A DNA stretch of 64,000 nt from Gnetum montanum (taxonomy: Eukaryota > Plantae > Gnetophyta): NCBI GenBank assembly GCA_015680685.1, contig MNCI01002812.1, positions 724,830 to 788,829 on the forward strand. Direction: 5' to 3'. This document shows, piece by piece, positions 1 through 13,464 of this stretch. How positions within the stretch are numbered: position 1 is the first letter of the stretch; each line of letters begins with the position of its first letter. The notes below the pieces were generated by a model. That model ran no database searches, was not told where the DNA came from, and worked only from the letters and a program-made list of their open reading frames with translations. The position numbers were made by a program, and so were the translations under genes.

Positions 1-530
1 AGTGCAATGTGTACCTTTAATTGTACAAGGAGGAGTCTATCGAATGTCATCATATTAAGATGTTTTTTAAGGTGATTGGTAGGAGGTAGGCTTATGAGTT
101 GTTCACATGGCATATAGTGGTGAGTGGCTCTCACAAGTGATAGATTGTCATCCCTCTAGGAGAGGCTTTCTCGACTACCTTTTCCATGGAGCCACCTACA
201 TGGACCACCATGGACAAAGGTAAGACCCTCGTAGGGATTGACCTTGGCTAGGAGGATTGGATGCAACTTCTTGAGGTTGAGATCCTCCTACACTTGGAGG
301 ATGGCCTTGAAAAGTTACCTTCACAAGACACTGATGTGGAATCCTCTTAGGTTAGTTGTTAGTTTTTATGCTTTTTTATATTTTGGGTTAGCTTGTGTAT
401 TACAAGTTTGCTTACTAACTACTTATTTTTGTTGTAGTTATGGCAGCAGGTACTAAGAGATGCTATAGGCCCTAGCGATGCAATGGGAGAAGAAGAACCT
501 CCACCTCTTCCTAGTGCCATTGGTTGATCA
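1..530 (+). pseudogene. 3' exons of a third, more diverged copy of the retrotransposon antisense gene seen in elements A/E
   Basis: 190-310 (gagccacctacatggacc...gatcctcctacacttggaggatggcct) aligns with ~26000-26120. A GT..ctaac..AG intron at ~351-437 sits at the same position as the last intron at ~26161-26254. Confidence 0.7.
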
Positions 531-764
531 TAACCTAATGTAGCCTTGTTGTTCAACATTTTTGCTATGTGTTTGCTACGTGATGCTGCTGCTCATGTTA
601 TGTACTATTATTCATGTGAGATGTAATGAATGCATTTGCTGCACATAGTATATAATGTGTAAACTTTCTCTTTATTTACTATGTACTTACTATGCGATGA
701 GTGAATGCGCTAAGTTAGAATCATGCGATGATAGTACAACTAGGCCATTGTAGGTCTCATGCTA

Positions 765-2748
765 GTTACCATAAAATGGTTCTTCGTAATACTAAAGAAA
801 GGTTCTTCAAGAAAGGTTTTTTGACATACCATAAAAAATTTATTTGAGATATAGGAAAAAGGATCTTCAATATGTTCTTAGAAATACTACAAAAAGGTTA
901 TTCAAAATACTAGAAAATGATTTTCTAAAATACCAAAAAATAGATCTTCGAGATACTAGAAAAAGATTCTTCAAGATAACAACAAAAAGTTTTTTGAGAT
1001 ACCAGGAAAAGGATTTTTGAGATATTAAAAAATTATTTTTCAAAATACCAAAAAATGGTGTTCAAGATGTTCTTTAAGATATTAGAAAAAAATTCTTCAA
1101 GATACTAGAAATTAGTTCTTCAAGATAGTAGAAAATGATTCTTTGAGATACTAGAAAAGGATTTTTTGACCTACTAGAAAAAGATTCTTTAATATACCAA
1201 AAAAGGATTTTTGAAATACTAGAAAAATGTTCTTCGAGATATTAAAAAGAGGTTTTCTGAAATACTAGAAAAAGGTTTTTTGATATACCAGAAAAAGATT
1301 CTTCAAGATACTAAAAAAATGTTATTAGATATACCATAAAATGGTTCTTCAAGATACTAGAAAAATATTTTATAAGATACCAAAAATAGGTTCATTAAGA
1401 TACTAAAAACATGTTTTCTAACATACTAGGAAAAGGTTCTTTGAGATACTAGAAAAAGTTTCTTTAAGATATCAAAAAAATGTTTTTAAAGAAACTAGAG
1501 AAAGTTCTTTGAGATACAAGAAAATGATTCTTCGAGATATTTTTTAAGATACCAAAAAAAAAATTCCTAAGAATACAAGAAAATGGTTCTCCAAGATATT
1601 AGAAAAAGGTTTCTCAAGATATTAGGAAAAATGTTTTTAAGATACTAGAAAATGGTTCTTTAATATACAAAAAAAAAAAGAAGGGTTTTTCAAGTTGTTT
1701 TTCAAGATACCATAAAATGATTCTCCAAAACCCTAGAAAATAGTTTTTTTAAGATATTAGAAAAATGTTCTTTGAGATACTAGAAAAAGGTTCTTTGAGA
1801 TACCAGAAAAAAAATTTCGATATACCAGAGAAAGATTCTTTGATATACCAGAAATAGTTTCTTTCATATGTTCTTTGAGATACTAAGAAATGGTTTTTTA
1901 AGATACCAAAAAAATAATTCTCTATGATACCAAAAAGTTATTTTTCGAAATACTAGAAAAAAGTTCTTCATGATATTAGAGAAAGGTTCTCTAACATATT
2001 AGAAAAAGTTTCTTCGATATGTTCTTTAAAAGACTAGAAAAAAGTTTTTTGAGATACCAAAAATTGATTTTCTGATATACTAAAAAATTATTTGAGATAT
2101 TAGAAAATAGTTCCTTGAGATACCAAAAAATTATTCTTCCAAATACTAGAAAAAGGTTCTTTGAGATACTAGAAAAATATTTTTTGAGATACTAGAAAAC
2201 GTTTCCTTGATATGTTCTTCGAGATACGAGAAAAAAGTTCTTCAAGATACCAGAACATAATTTTTTAAGATATTAGAAAATAATTTTTTAAAATATTAAA
2301 AAAAGGTTCTTTGAGATACCCAAAAAAAGTTTTTTAGGATACCAAAGAAAGGTTCTTTGAGATACTAGAAAAATATGCTTTGAGATGTTCTTCAAGATAC
2401 TACAAAAAGGTTTTTCAATATAATAAAAATTGGTTCTTTGAAATACTAGAAAAAGGTTCTTCATGATACCAAAAAAAAGGTTATTTGGGATGTTGTTTTA
2501 GATACTAGAAATAGGTTCTTCAAGATACCAAAAAATGGTTCTAAAACATACTAGAAAATTATTCTTCATGATACTAGAAAAAGGTTCTTTGAGATACTAG
2601 AAAATAGTTCTTTGTTATCCTAGAAAAAGGTTTTTTGAGATACCATAGAATAGTTCTTCGAGATTTCAAAAGAAGGTTTTTCAAGATAGTTGAAAAAGGT
2701 TCTTTAAGATACTAGAAAAGGATTTTTCTAAATGTTTATTGAGATACC
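765..2748. repeat. Degenerate tandem array, 23-bp unit (consensus ~GAGATACTAGAAAAAGGTTCTTT) with interspersed ~12-bp truncated units
   Basis: Direct periodicity, e.g. gagatac at 1774 and 1797. The array continues to the LTR edge at 2749. Confidence 0.95.
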
Positions 2749-4166
2749 TATTGTGAATGAAAGTCTCCATTACTGGAAAACTAAAAAAATCCTTAGCGTA
2801 GTCCTCAGTCCCAAATCCCTAAGGCCTCTATAGGAAAAAATGGAATTTGAGGAAACCTGCCTAGTCCCATAGATCAACCAAGGACTTACGAAATACAAAG
2901 CATGGTAATAAAAAAAATGAAAAATTTATAGTAGATCTAAAATAATGCATAGATAACAAATAAATATACTTCATATACAAAACCCAAAACTTAAAACTTT
3001 ATTGAGAAAGAAAATAAAGAATAAGTTATAAAAATGTGTACAAATGGTGCCTAAGTGGGCAACAGAGGGGGTTCACTGGTGTAAGATTTTAAATGCCATT
3101 AAAGCTAATGTAGTTTGCTCCATGATCTGGGTGCTAAGCCACTCTTGATGATTTTAGACCTTCCTTAATTATAATCTCAAATCTACAACATTGACTATGG
3201 TGAAGGTTAAGAAGTGTGAAAAATCTAAGTTGTCTAAATGCTCTATGCTAGGAGTTGAGAATGCTAGGAATGCAACATGGAGCTTGAAAATTCACAAATC
3301 TCAAGAGGATGTTGCAAGGTGACAAAGTCAAGATTTCTACGCTAGCTTCAAGAGGATACAAGTGTGGAAACTTGCAAGAATTCTTGATTACTTGAGAATG
3401 CCCAAGTGTAGAACTATGAACAAATTGCAAAAGTGTGGAACCAAAAGAGTTATAAACTATGAAAAATGTTGACCTATAAATGGTTTTTTTAAGATTGGTT
3501 TTTATAGGTTTTGAGCCATGAATGGGGTTGCAAATAGGTTGTAGATCAATTGCCAAATTGCTACGAACATGTACTGCATATAGGTGAGATGAGTGCCTTC
3601 CCCCCATGGACATTCCTTTTACTATAAATAGTAATGGGGACATACCTTCCACGTTGGAGTCAAATCTTCTACATTAAACTCTCGACCATGCTTACTAAAG
3701 TGGTTGGTCAACGTTGGAGTGCATGAAGTGTTGAAATATAGCTTTTATGGCTTCCATGCTAAGGGCATGTAGTTTTCACACTTGTGGAAAAGTTTCCAGG
3801 TTCAGGAGGAAACCTTCACCTTTCCACACTAGGGGTAGGTGAGATCTTCCCCTCTGCCAATGTTTCTAGCATAGAAAAATGTATACCCCTCCCCAATAAA
3901 ACCCATCAACTTACCCTTTTTGGCATTCAAAAAGGAATTTTTAACCCCACCAAGCCCAAACATAGACACTAGATGACTTTTTTACTTAGGGAAAGAAGCT
4001 TTCACCACTTATGAGGCAATTTTCAATCCCAAAAGTATAAAATATGTGAAATTGCCCATTGTGGATTGTAGTTTTTACATTTACAATGAAGTTTTAGCTT
4101 AAGCTTATGGGGTGAAAATTACAAGATGAAAACTGACTTTAAAATGAAAATTCTTGTAGTCTTTCA
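2749..4166 (-). repeat. 3' LTR of element A
   Basis: Homologous to 43302-44834. Plus-strand edges are tattg (decayed TGTTG) and ...ctttca, next to a decayed PPT. A TATA-like tttatagg lies at ~3501. Confidence 0.8.
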
Positions 4167-4421
4167 ATGGGCCATTTGTGTTGATGCCTGGAAGATTTAC
4201 CGGAGAAGCATTAACAAAAAAAAAACACCATTACAAATTACAATGTTACAATGCATAAAGGCTACATAGAGTGATAAAATTAGGCTACCTAGATCACCAA
4301 TTTTGCTAGTTTAAGGCCATGGTGGGCCATTGTACTAGTTTAAGGCCCTAGCAGGCTATGTTGCCAATTTAATGTTATAGCGAATGGTTGAAAAGTAGGC
4401 TCACTTGTTGATGATTGTAGG

Positions 4422-7106
4422 CTACATGTAGTATGGCTTGAGACAGGAATGATTGACCAAATTGACCAACTCATTTTCATCCATGTCAACTATTCTAAAT
4501 GCTCCATTTATGTTGGCTCTGGTTACTAGAAATTGTCCTTTTTAGTTGGCTAAGAACCTGTCCACATGCTTGCAAACTACTTTGAGAACTAGGTCACCTT
4601 CCTTAATCTTGTGCATGGTTAAATTATGGTGGTGTTGTTACTTCTACTTCTCTTGATAGTGCTTTATATGAGCAAGCACTTGCATATGTTGCTCCTCCAC
4701 CAAGTCCAAGGCTACCATCCACAACTCCTTATTCTACTCATCATTGATGAAGTAGATCAATGCTACTTGAATTGATGGAACCTATAATTTAAGAGGTAAA
4801 ATAGCTTCAGAACCATAAACAAGGCTATAAGGGTCATGCAAATTTTCATGCAATAGATCTTGTTTTATGTCCATAATTCATGGAAAATCCACTCATGCCA
4901 CTTGTGCTTATTGTTGTTGAGCATCTTCATGAGCAAGTTGATGATGGTCTTGTTGCTTGCTTCTACTTGCCCATTTGCTTGAGGGTAGTAAGCCAACAAG
5001 AAAGAATGCTTAATATTGCAGTTGTGATAGAAATATTTTGTCTCCTGGCTACTAAAATGTGGTCCATTATTCATAACTATGATCATGGATATGCCAAAAC
5101 AAAATAAAATATTGTCTAGGATAAATTTGCAAACTTGATTAGATGTGTCCTCCTTAGGGAAATAGCATCAACCCACTTGGTAAAATATTTAGTTACAATG
5201 ATGATGAAGCTATGCCCTATGGAAGACTTAGGTGTTATAGGTCTAATGATATCCAACCCCCATGATTGAAATGACCATGTTATTTGGGTTGTATGCAACT
5301 AAATTGGTGGTAAATGTATAAAGTTACTATATCATTGGCATGTATTACACTACTTAACCTTTTACAGGAAGTCATTTTTCATATGGGGCTAATAGCAGCC
5401 TAACTATCTAATCTTAGTAGTCATAGCTGTAGGTCCTATATATCCTCTACAAATACCTTCGTGAATTTCCTCTAGGACTAGTCTGGCTTTGATTTTACTT
5501 AAGAACTTTAGGAGTATGCCATCGTAGGATTGTCAACATAATGTGTTATCACCTACAATGACATACTACTTTGATAGCTTGCATACAACATCCTTTTGAG
5601 TAGTATTAAGGCCTTGTGAGGATTTTCCATGCATAAGGTAAAATTTCATATCATCATACCATTCCCTAGGAGGAGTAATATGAATGATGGCCACAAAGGT
5701 ATCCTCAATGATCTATGTGATGGGAGCAGCATAGTCCATAGTCAATGTGGGTAATTTACTAAGCACATTTGATGTCCCACTAAGGGCTAATGTTGCAATT
5801 ACATTGGATGTGGCATTTTTATTTCAAGGTATGGATTGGATATCAATGTTTGAAAATTGTTGTAGCAATTATTTCCCTAGGTCATAGTAAGGTTGTAAGT
5901 GCTAAGCTTTACATGCATAGACTTTGGTTACTTGGTCAGAAGTTGTGAATCACTTGTGATCATCAAATGTCTAATTCCTAGGTCATGATCTACCATCATC
6001 CCCCTAATCAAACCCTCATGCTCTACTATGTTATTAGTACATGGAAACTCAAAATGATAGGTGAAGGATTGGACTTCACCAGATGGGAATGTTATGATGG
6101 TAGTGGCACTAGCCTCATGGGTAGTTAAAGCTTTGTCAAAGTGTATGATCACATCATAACCCTTTGGAACTTAGTTAATGGTGTTAATGTATTCATCAAG
6201 GAACTCAGGATCTATGGCTACATGCTCATCAATTTATGACATAATAAGTTGTATAGTTATAGCTTGACCTTTCATTGAAAATTAAGAGACATAATGAAGG
6301 TTGAATTCTATGGTTGTGTCTTTTCATTGAGCTATATAGCTACCCTCATAGATGTTGATCATTATAGCTCTAAGTTTGTTATATTTGTAGATGATGTTGA
6401 CTTGGCTTCCAAAGAGGTAGTGTCTTCATTTCTTCAATGAGAAGATTATTGTGAGATAATACTTTGTAGCCATGCATTAGTAGCCTATGAGACTTGATAC
6501 TTTGTATACTTGGCTTTATTTAGGTCTCAAAAATTAATGCAAATATAGACACTAGAATTTTTCTTAGGAACTACCACTATGTTGAACATCCATTCTACGT
6601 AGTCGACAACCCTAATGAAACCAACTTGGTAGAGCTTCAAGATTTCATTGTGAACTATTAAGGCCAAAGCAAGTCTAATCTTACACACTTTTTGCTTAAT
6701 CAATCTAATGCTAGGGTCTAGTATGATGTTGTGTTGTACTAAAAATGGATCTAGGCCTAGCATATCTTCATATGACCAAGCAAAAGCCTTAATGTTGTTT
6801 TGTAGGACCTTGGTGATGTCTTGAGCATCTTGAGGTTCCAATGAGAAACTTAGTTTAAGGGTTTTCTCTTCACCACTACGTGTTATAATAGGAACATTAA
6901 CTAGAGAGTCTTTGGTTATGTCACCCACCTCTAAGTCAAGGATTTTGACTAAGTTTTCAAGACATTCTAGAGGTTTCTCTATCAAGACTATGTGGTCAGC
7001 AAGACTCTCGACCTCAAGATCTAGACAATCAGGGTTGATACACCAGTCAAAATCACCATCAGGTCCATGTAGACAAAGGAAAATTGATTTGATCCCAAGT
7101 ACTCAT
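4422..7106 (-). pseudogene. Element A pol remnant: RT N-terminus (RT core deleted), RNase H end, archaeal-type RNase H, integrase
   Basis: ORF fragments AFAWSYEDMLGLDP..VPKKNSSVYICINF (RT N-term), HFD..CTNNIVEHEGLI..ITSDSQL (aRH), WGLDII..YFTKWVDA and NNGPHF..YYPQANGQVEASNK (INT). Many stops. Confidence 0.95.
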
Positions 7107-8816
7107 ACTTTAATCTTGCATGTCAACCAAAATCATATTAAGTGGAACCTGGGTAAAGATGAATAAATAATGCTAAAATGCTATGCAAACACATGCTAAT
7201 CCAATGCAAACAAGTCCATTCAAGGCTATAAAGCAAGCACACAAAGTGCAATAAGGGCCATATAAGGACCATATAAAGGCCATATAAAGACCAAACAAAG
7301 TAAATTACAAGAAACAACGCAACAAATCATAATTCATAGTTTTACTAGTTTTAGACCTTGGTAGGCCATGATGTCAGTTTAAGGCCATAGTAGGCCATGG
7401 TCTTATGGGGCCAAATGGTGGTTAGGGAAGGTCAAAACCAATCATTTAATACCAAAAAAAGGCTAAAAATGGCAAACAAGGCCATCACAAGGCTAATAAA
7501 GAAGATATAAGGCTATGCAGAGGTTGTAAGAAGGTCATTAAGGTCAATGATGGAACACAAGGTTGAAAACAAGTCAAAACATCAATAATTAAAGAAAAAA
7601 TCAAGAAAAACAAGTTAAATACAATGGAATTTGGCTAAAATTCACTAAAAGGACTAGATTTTGCTAACTTTAGGCCTTAGTAAATGATTTAGGGCCATGG
7701 GGATATTAGATAAGTTTGGACATCCTTCAAGGCTATTTCTCAGCTATTTGGATCCAAAAGTTAGGGGTTTGAGTTTTCCACATTGGGCTTAACATGGAAA
7801 CAGGGACCCTTAGTGTGGAAACCAAGGAAAACAGATTTTGGAATGCTCATAGGTCCAAAATAGGGGTTCTGAGGCCTTCCCAAGGTAGCATAGGGCCAGA
7901 TGCATCAAAATTGGGCATTCTAGAGGTTTGTAAAGGCCAAAAGGTAGGTTCTAGAGCCTTTCCCCCTTGTTTCCAGGATAGTTAGTGTTGAAAAAATGGG
8001 GTTCCATGTGGAAAACCAAATCCTTGATTAAATAGGGTCAAACAAGGTCTGATTGACAATTAGAACCTAGATCTAGAAGCTATGCACCTTCTAGCTTCAT
8101 TTTGAGGTAGTTTGAGTTGATTTTGGATGTTGAAATAGGTCAAAATGGCTTTTCCCCATTTTCAACATTGAGCATAGTATCCCTATCATGGAATAATGGG
8201 ACAACACTTATTTTGTATATCCATGGTGATTTAAGGGCATCTTGACTAGGCTTTTAGGCCCCTAGGGCTATGAATCTTGATTCTACAAGTTTCTAGCTTA
8301 TTCTAGATATGTTTGAAGGGTTTTTAATGGCATCTAAGGTATTTTCTCCTTATTTCTATGCTAGGGGAGTTGCCCCAATGTGGAATATTGGGGGAAATGG
8401 ATTTTAAAGGCCAAAATGAGTAAAAAAAAATAAAATCTTAAGGCTATGAGATCCCTAGCTTCTCCAACATGGATCTTTAGCTTCTGGGAGTGTCATCCTA
8501 CCACCAAAAGTGGAAAAGTAGCTTTCCCCCTTTATTTGCATGCTACCTAGCATGGAAGGGACCTTTTTCGACATGGATGAAGTAAAAATCCTAGATTTAA
8601 GGTAGTTCAAGTTGTAATCAGCTGTGCATGTCAACTTCTAGAGTTGCTAGGGCCAAGGGCTAGGGTTCCATGTCAAATTTTGACAATTTTGAGTAAGTGT
8701 TTTTGGGCTTCTCCCCTTTTTTCATTCTAGGGTTAGGGAGATTGGCATGGAAAATTAGGAGAAATAATTTTTTGGCCATTTTGCAACAGTTTTTTAAGGT
8801 TTGAAGGCTTCAAATG

Positions 8817-8860
<44 letters not shown>

Positions 8861-11800
8861 NNNNNNNNNNNNNNNNNNNNNNNNNNNNNNNNNNNNNNNN
8901 NNNNNNNNNNNNNNNNNNNNNNNNNNNNNNNNNNNNNNNNNNNNNNNNNNNNNNNNNNNNNNNNNNNNNNNNNNNNNNNNNNNNNNNNNNNNNNNNNNNN
9001 NNNNNNNNNNNNNNNNNNNNNNNNNNNNNNNNNNNNNNNNNNNNNNNNNNNCCACATAGTTGTACTCTTAATTGAGTGTGCATGTGTGCTTCCAAGGCTA
9101 CTAGACTCAAAAGCTAGGGTTTCATGTCAAAATTTTGTAATTTCAAGCTTTCTCAAGCACTTTTTGGGCTTTCACTACTTTTTTACACTAGGGATAGGGA
9201 GCTTAGTGTGGAAAACTAGGGGAAACACTTTTCTAACTATTTGGGTTCAATTTTTTAATGTTTGAAGGCTCCAAAGTATGTTGGTAGGGTTCTACAATGC
9301 ATGTAAGGTTTTTTGAAGTTATTTTGAAGTGTCTATGGGCTTCAAATAAGTCTTCCCCCTAATTTCCACACTAGTTAGTAGGGAGAAGAGGATCCCTAGC
9401 ATGGAAACACCATAAATCTTAGATCTAGCCTAGTTTTGACCTTAATTGATCATGCATGTGTGCTCTAGGGACTACAAGGGCTAAAAATAAGGATTTACAT
9501 TAAAATTTGGTAATTTTAGTCATCCCTAAGTGATTTTTAAGCTTTCCCATTTTTTCCACACTAGGGTTAAGGTTCTTAGCATGGAAAATAAGGTGGAAGA
9601 TATTTTTAGTCATTTAAGGATAGATCTCTAAGGCTTAAAGGTTCCAAAGGGTGTTGTTGGAGTTCCAAGGTGTATACAAGGTCATTTGATATCATTATAA
9701 GGTGTTTATGGGCTTCAAATGAGTCCTCTCTAAGTATGCATGCTTGGTAACATGGAGGAAGGGATCTCCGACATGGAAGAATCACATATCTTATATCTAG
9801 GTCAATTTTAACCTTAATCAACCATGCATGTATGCTTCAAGGGTTCCTAAAGTTGAGGATTGGTGTTTGAGGTCATGTATCATTAGTTTGGAGGTTTCCT
9901 AGATGATTTTTGATCTTCCCCCTATTTTCCATGCTAGTGATAGTATACGTAGTGTGAAAGAATGGGGGAGTAGATTTTGGAATTTTTGCATCATTTTTGA
10001 TCATGCATGTAGGTCCCCAAGGTTGCTAGTGTTGATTATCAATGTCTGTTGTCCAAATTTGGTTATTTTAAAGGTTTTTGTATAGTTTTTTATGTTCCCC
10101 TCCTTCTTACATGTTGGAGCTTCTAGGCTCAGCATGAAAAATTTGGGGGAAATATTTTCTGGCTAGTTATGATCAATCTCATCAGGTTTAAGGGCCTCAA
10201 GATGAGCAAGCAAGGTTCTAAGACACTTATAGGGCTTTTTAGTGTTTTTTCAAGGTCTCTAAAGGTTATTTTGGAGTTTCTCCAAAATTCCCTTCTTCCA
10301 TGCTAGGTAGTGTGGAAGAAGTGGCTTTTAGCATTGAAGAATCTAAGGACCCTAATTTTTTTCATTTTTCATCATTTTTGGCTATGCATGTAGACTTATA
10401 AGGTTGCTAGCGTCGACTGTTGATACTTGTTGTCAAACTTTGATCATTTCAGGGGTTATTAGATACTTTTTAAGCTTTCCCAACTGTTTCAATGCAGGGG
10501 CTTCTATGCTTAGCATGGAAGACTTGGGGGAAGGATTTTTCAATTTTTTATGGGCAATTTAACTATGCATGAGTCTCCACATGGTTGTTGGTGTTAGCCA
10601 TTAGTGTCTAAGTTCAAAATCCAATCATTAGACTATGAGGGGGTTTTTAGGCTTTCCCGTTACTATTGACACTAAGACTAGGATGCTTAGCATGGAAGAA
10701 GGGACCCTCAATCAAGAAAGTTAGATATAGGCCAGATTCATAGTCAATCAACCATGCATGCTAGTCTCTAGGGTTGCCAGGATCGATAGTCAATGTTTGG
10801 TACTAAGATCCATTAGTTTGGAGGTTCCTTAGTACCTCATGTAATCTCCCCCCTTTCTTCCACATTGGGATTGGTGACCCTAGCATGGATGAGAGGGGGA
10901 TGATATTTTTGTTCCATTTTGACTACTTTTGAGATCTTTGGAAACTTGAGATGGTTCTGGCAAGGTCTAAGGGTTACTAGGCTTTGAGAAATGCCTACAA
11001 GATAGCCAATTTAGGTCATGTTTGGCTTCTCCCCACCTATTCACACTAGGGATGTGATGCTCAATGTGAATGAGACCTTCCCTAGTCTGGAAACACCAAA
11101 TCCTAAGGTTTCAACTAGGTTTGGTGAGGTTCTAAGGTTGTCGAAGATGCTTGGAGGGGTTTTAGGTCATGTGGGGTCCACCTTGGAGGTCAAATTTGAA
11201 TTATATGGACACTGGGGGTTGGAATAGGTGTCATCCCCTTTGTTCCATTCTAGGCAATCTTGCCCTAGTGTGGAAACCCAAGTTGTAAAGTTTGTTCATA
11301 TCTAACCCCCTTCTAGGAGCCTAGAATTTGAAGAAGGTAGATTTTTGTTATTAACAAAGGCAAGAGGATTATGTTTGTGTTCTTTTGGGCTATAGGAGGC
11401 ATGTATCTACACTAGTTATGGTATTCCCAACATGGATGCATGGTAGTTAAGGTTGCAACATGGTTCTAAGTATCAAAATTTGCAAAAGACTCATTGTAGA
11501 TGCAATTTTTTGGTTAAGAGAGAAGGCGTAGGGTGGGGCCCATAATCCAAGGATTTAAAATTTTGAAAAATGAAGCTATTTCCCACTAATATAAATGTGA
11601 ACTAGACTTTCCCTCCCTTGCACTTCAATGCATCTAGAGTCATGGTGCACCAAATTAGTAGTTGGGGTTTAGATAGAAGCATTTAGGTTTTGATATGATT
11701 TTTATTGTGAACTCTCACAAGGTTTCATCAAAATTATCATTCTACACCAATTGTGCATTATAGGAGAGATCTAACTAAGATTTTTTTTGTAGAAGCACCA

Positions 11801-11880
11801 ATTCTCAAGTGGAAACCTCCCATCTTCCTTCCACATAGCGTAGAACCTCCATCCTTTTCATCTTCAAACTTTCCTAGCGT
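7107..11880. promoter_or_regulatory. Non-coding spacer between divergent pol and antisense gene, dense in AGCATGGAA/AGTGTGGAA motifs in both orientations
   Basis: Dozens of motif copies. Homologous to 48520-49192 plus 52404-55750. A regulatory role is inferred. Confidence 0.55.
8819..9051. repeat. (CT)n microsatellite running into an assembly gap (N 8861-9051)
   Basis: Direct reading. Confidence 0.97.
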
Positions 11881-13464
11881 TGAGCCTATCCTAGCACTGA
11901 AACTACATGGAGGAAGAAGCAAAAATGCTAGGATCTAGTAGATGGATGAGAATGATAGGGAGCTAAAAATAATTCCCAAGACTATCTCTATCCAAGCTTG
12001 TTATACTACTACTCCAAGGTAGGAAATTCTACCTATTTTGGCTTAGTTTTTTGGATGCTTTTCATAGTTTTCTTTTTATGTTTTTCTAGCCACATGTGGA
12101 GCCATTTTTTTAGATCTAGGCTTTTGGATTTATTATAATTAAATTTCAAAAAAATCATACCCCATTATTTTGGTGTGAATTTTAATGGGTTTCAATCATT
12201 TTGGCTATTTTAACTTGTTTTCATGCTTATACAAAATCTAGGTTTTGAAGTTTTTTAAGTTTTGGTATGAAAAAGTAAGAAATATTGTTTATTTTTTCTT
12301 GTAAGAACGTTTTTATATTTGTGAAATTTAATGGTATGGGTTCATAGCCCTTCATTTAAGACTTCCATGGGATATTTTGTTATTTAATTTTTCCTTGAAA
12401 TGACAAAGTTATGACTATTCTCCTAATGTTCCACAATTAGGTTGTTTATGCTACTTTTGTAATTTCATATAACCTTATGAATTTTTTCTAAGTGAGTGGA
12501 AGTGGTTATGGCTATTTTTTATTTATGGCTACATGGGCCTTGGCTTTGGCTTTCCAATGGAGGTGGAATCACTATGATTGAATTTGAAAGGAATTTTTTA
12601 TTGGACCTATGTAAAAAGGAGGTTTGTGCTATTTTTAGATTTTTACTCAAGTTGGTGAATTGGTTTTGCATAATCTGAAAAGATTTTGGCTTTTTTCTAA
12701 ACATAAATGTTAGTTCTTGATTTAAGCTTTCAAATGGTGGTAGAACTACTCTATTTGGAGCTCAAAAAAATCTTTAGTAAATATTTTACTAACCCTACAT
12801 AGAAGAGGGCTAATAGTGATGGCTATGGTTTATATTGAACTTGTCTATATTTCATGTGAACAATGTATATTTATTTTTATTTGCAATTGTTATGGTTGTA
12901 AAGCCTATGATTTCAAGATTCTTTTCATGGTGGAATCACTAAAATTAGAGCTCATATGAATTTTTTATAAATTTTTTGGTCACAGCTATGTAAATAAGGA
13001 AAAATTATGGTTGTAGCACATTACCCTTTTTAACTAGAAGTGGTTGATATGTATAACTTTTCTTTTTAACATGGAAAACTTATTTTTATTATTTTTTAAA
13101 AGAAAAGTAAAAGCCTTTACTATTTTTAAGAAGCTTTTTACTATGATGATATGCTTTTTTCTAAGTTTTAATGCTTTTTACAAGTTTATGTATGCTTTTG
13201 CTAAATATATGCATAGTTTGGGTGCATTTTTCTAAATTTCTGCATAATTTAGACTAAGGCTTAATCTTGGCTATAATGTTTTGGTTATGAGGTAAAAGAC
13301 TATAAAATATGCTAATAATAGTGTTATGAAATTTCTTAAAACCAATTTAGATAAACATCTTAAAGTTTTTTATAGAGGCTAATTTCACCTCTAACTAGAT
13401 GTTTTTTCCAAATTTTCTAACTAATTCCAATTGGTAATCATGAAATTTTTTGTGCTTTATGTAG

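Noticed and set aside
765-2748. CRISPR-like array or heat-shock-element array
   Set aside because: Units are contiguous with no unique spacers, there are no cas genes and the context is eukaryotic. GAA/TTC spacing does not fit nGAAnnTTCn.
6455-6515. RT core missing in element A as a family feature
   Set aside because: Copy E retains the full RT including YVDD, so this is a copy-specific deletion
8733-9265. ORFs with poly-ER/SL and X runs (also 60888-61115)
   Set aside because: Artefacts of (CT)n microsatellites and the N-gap
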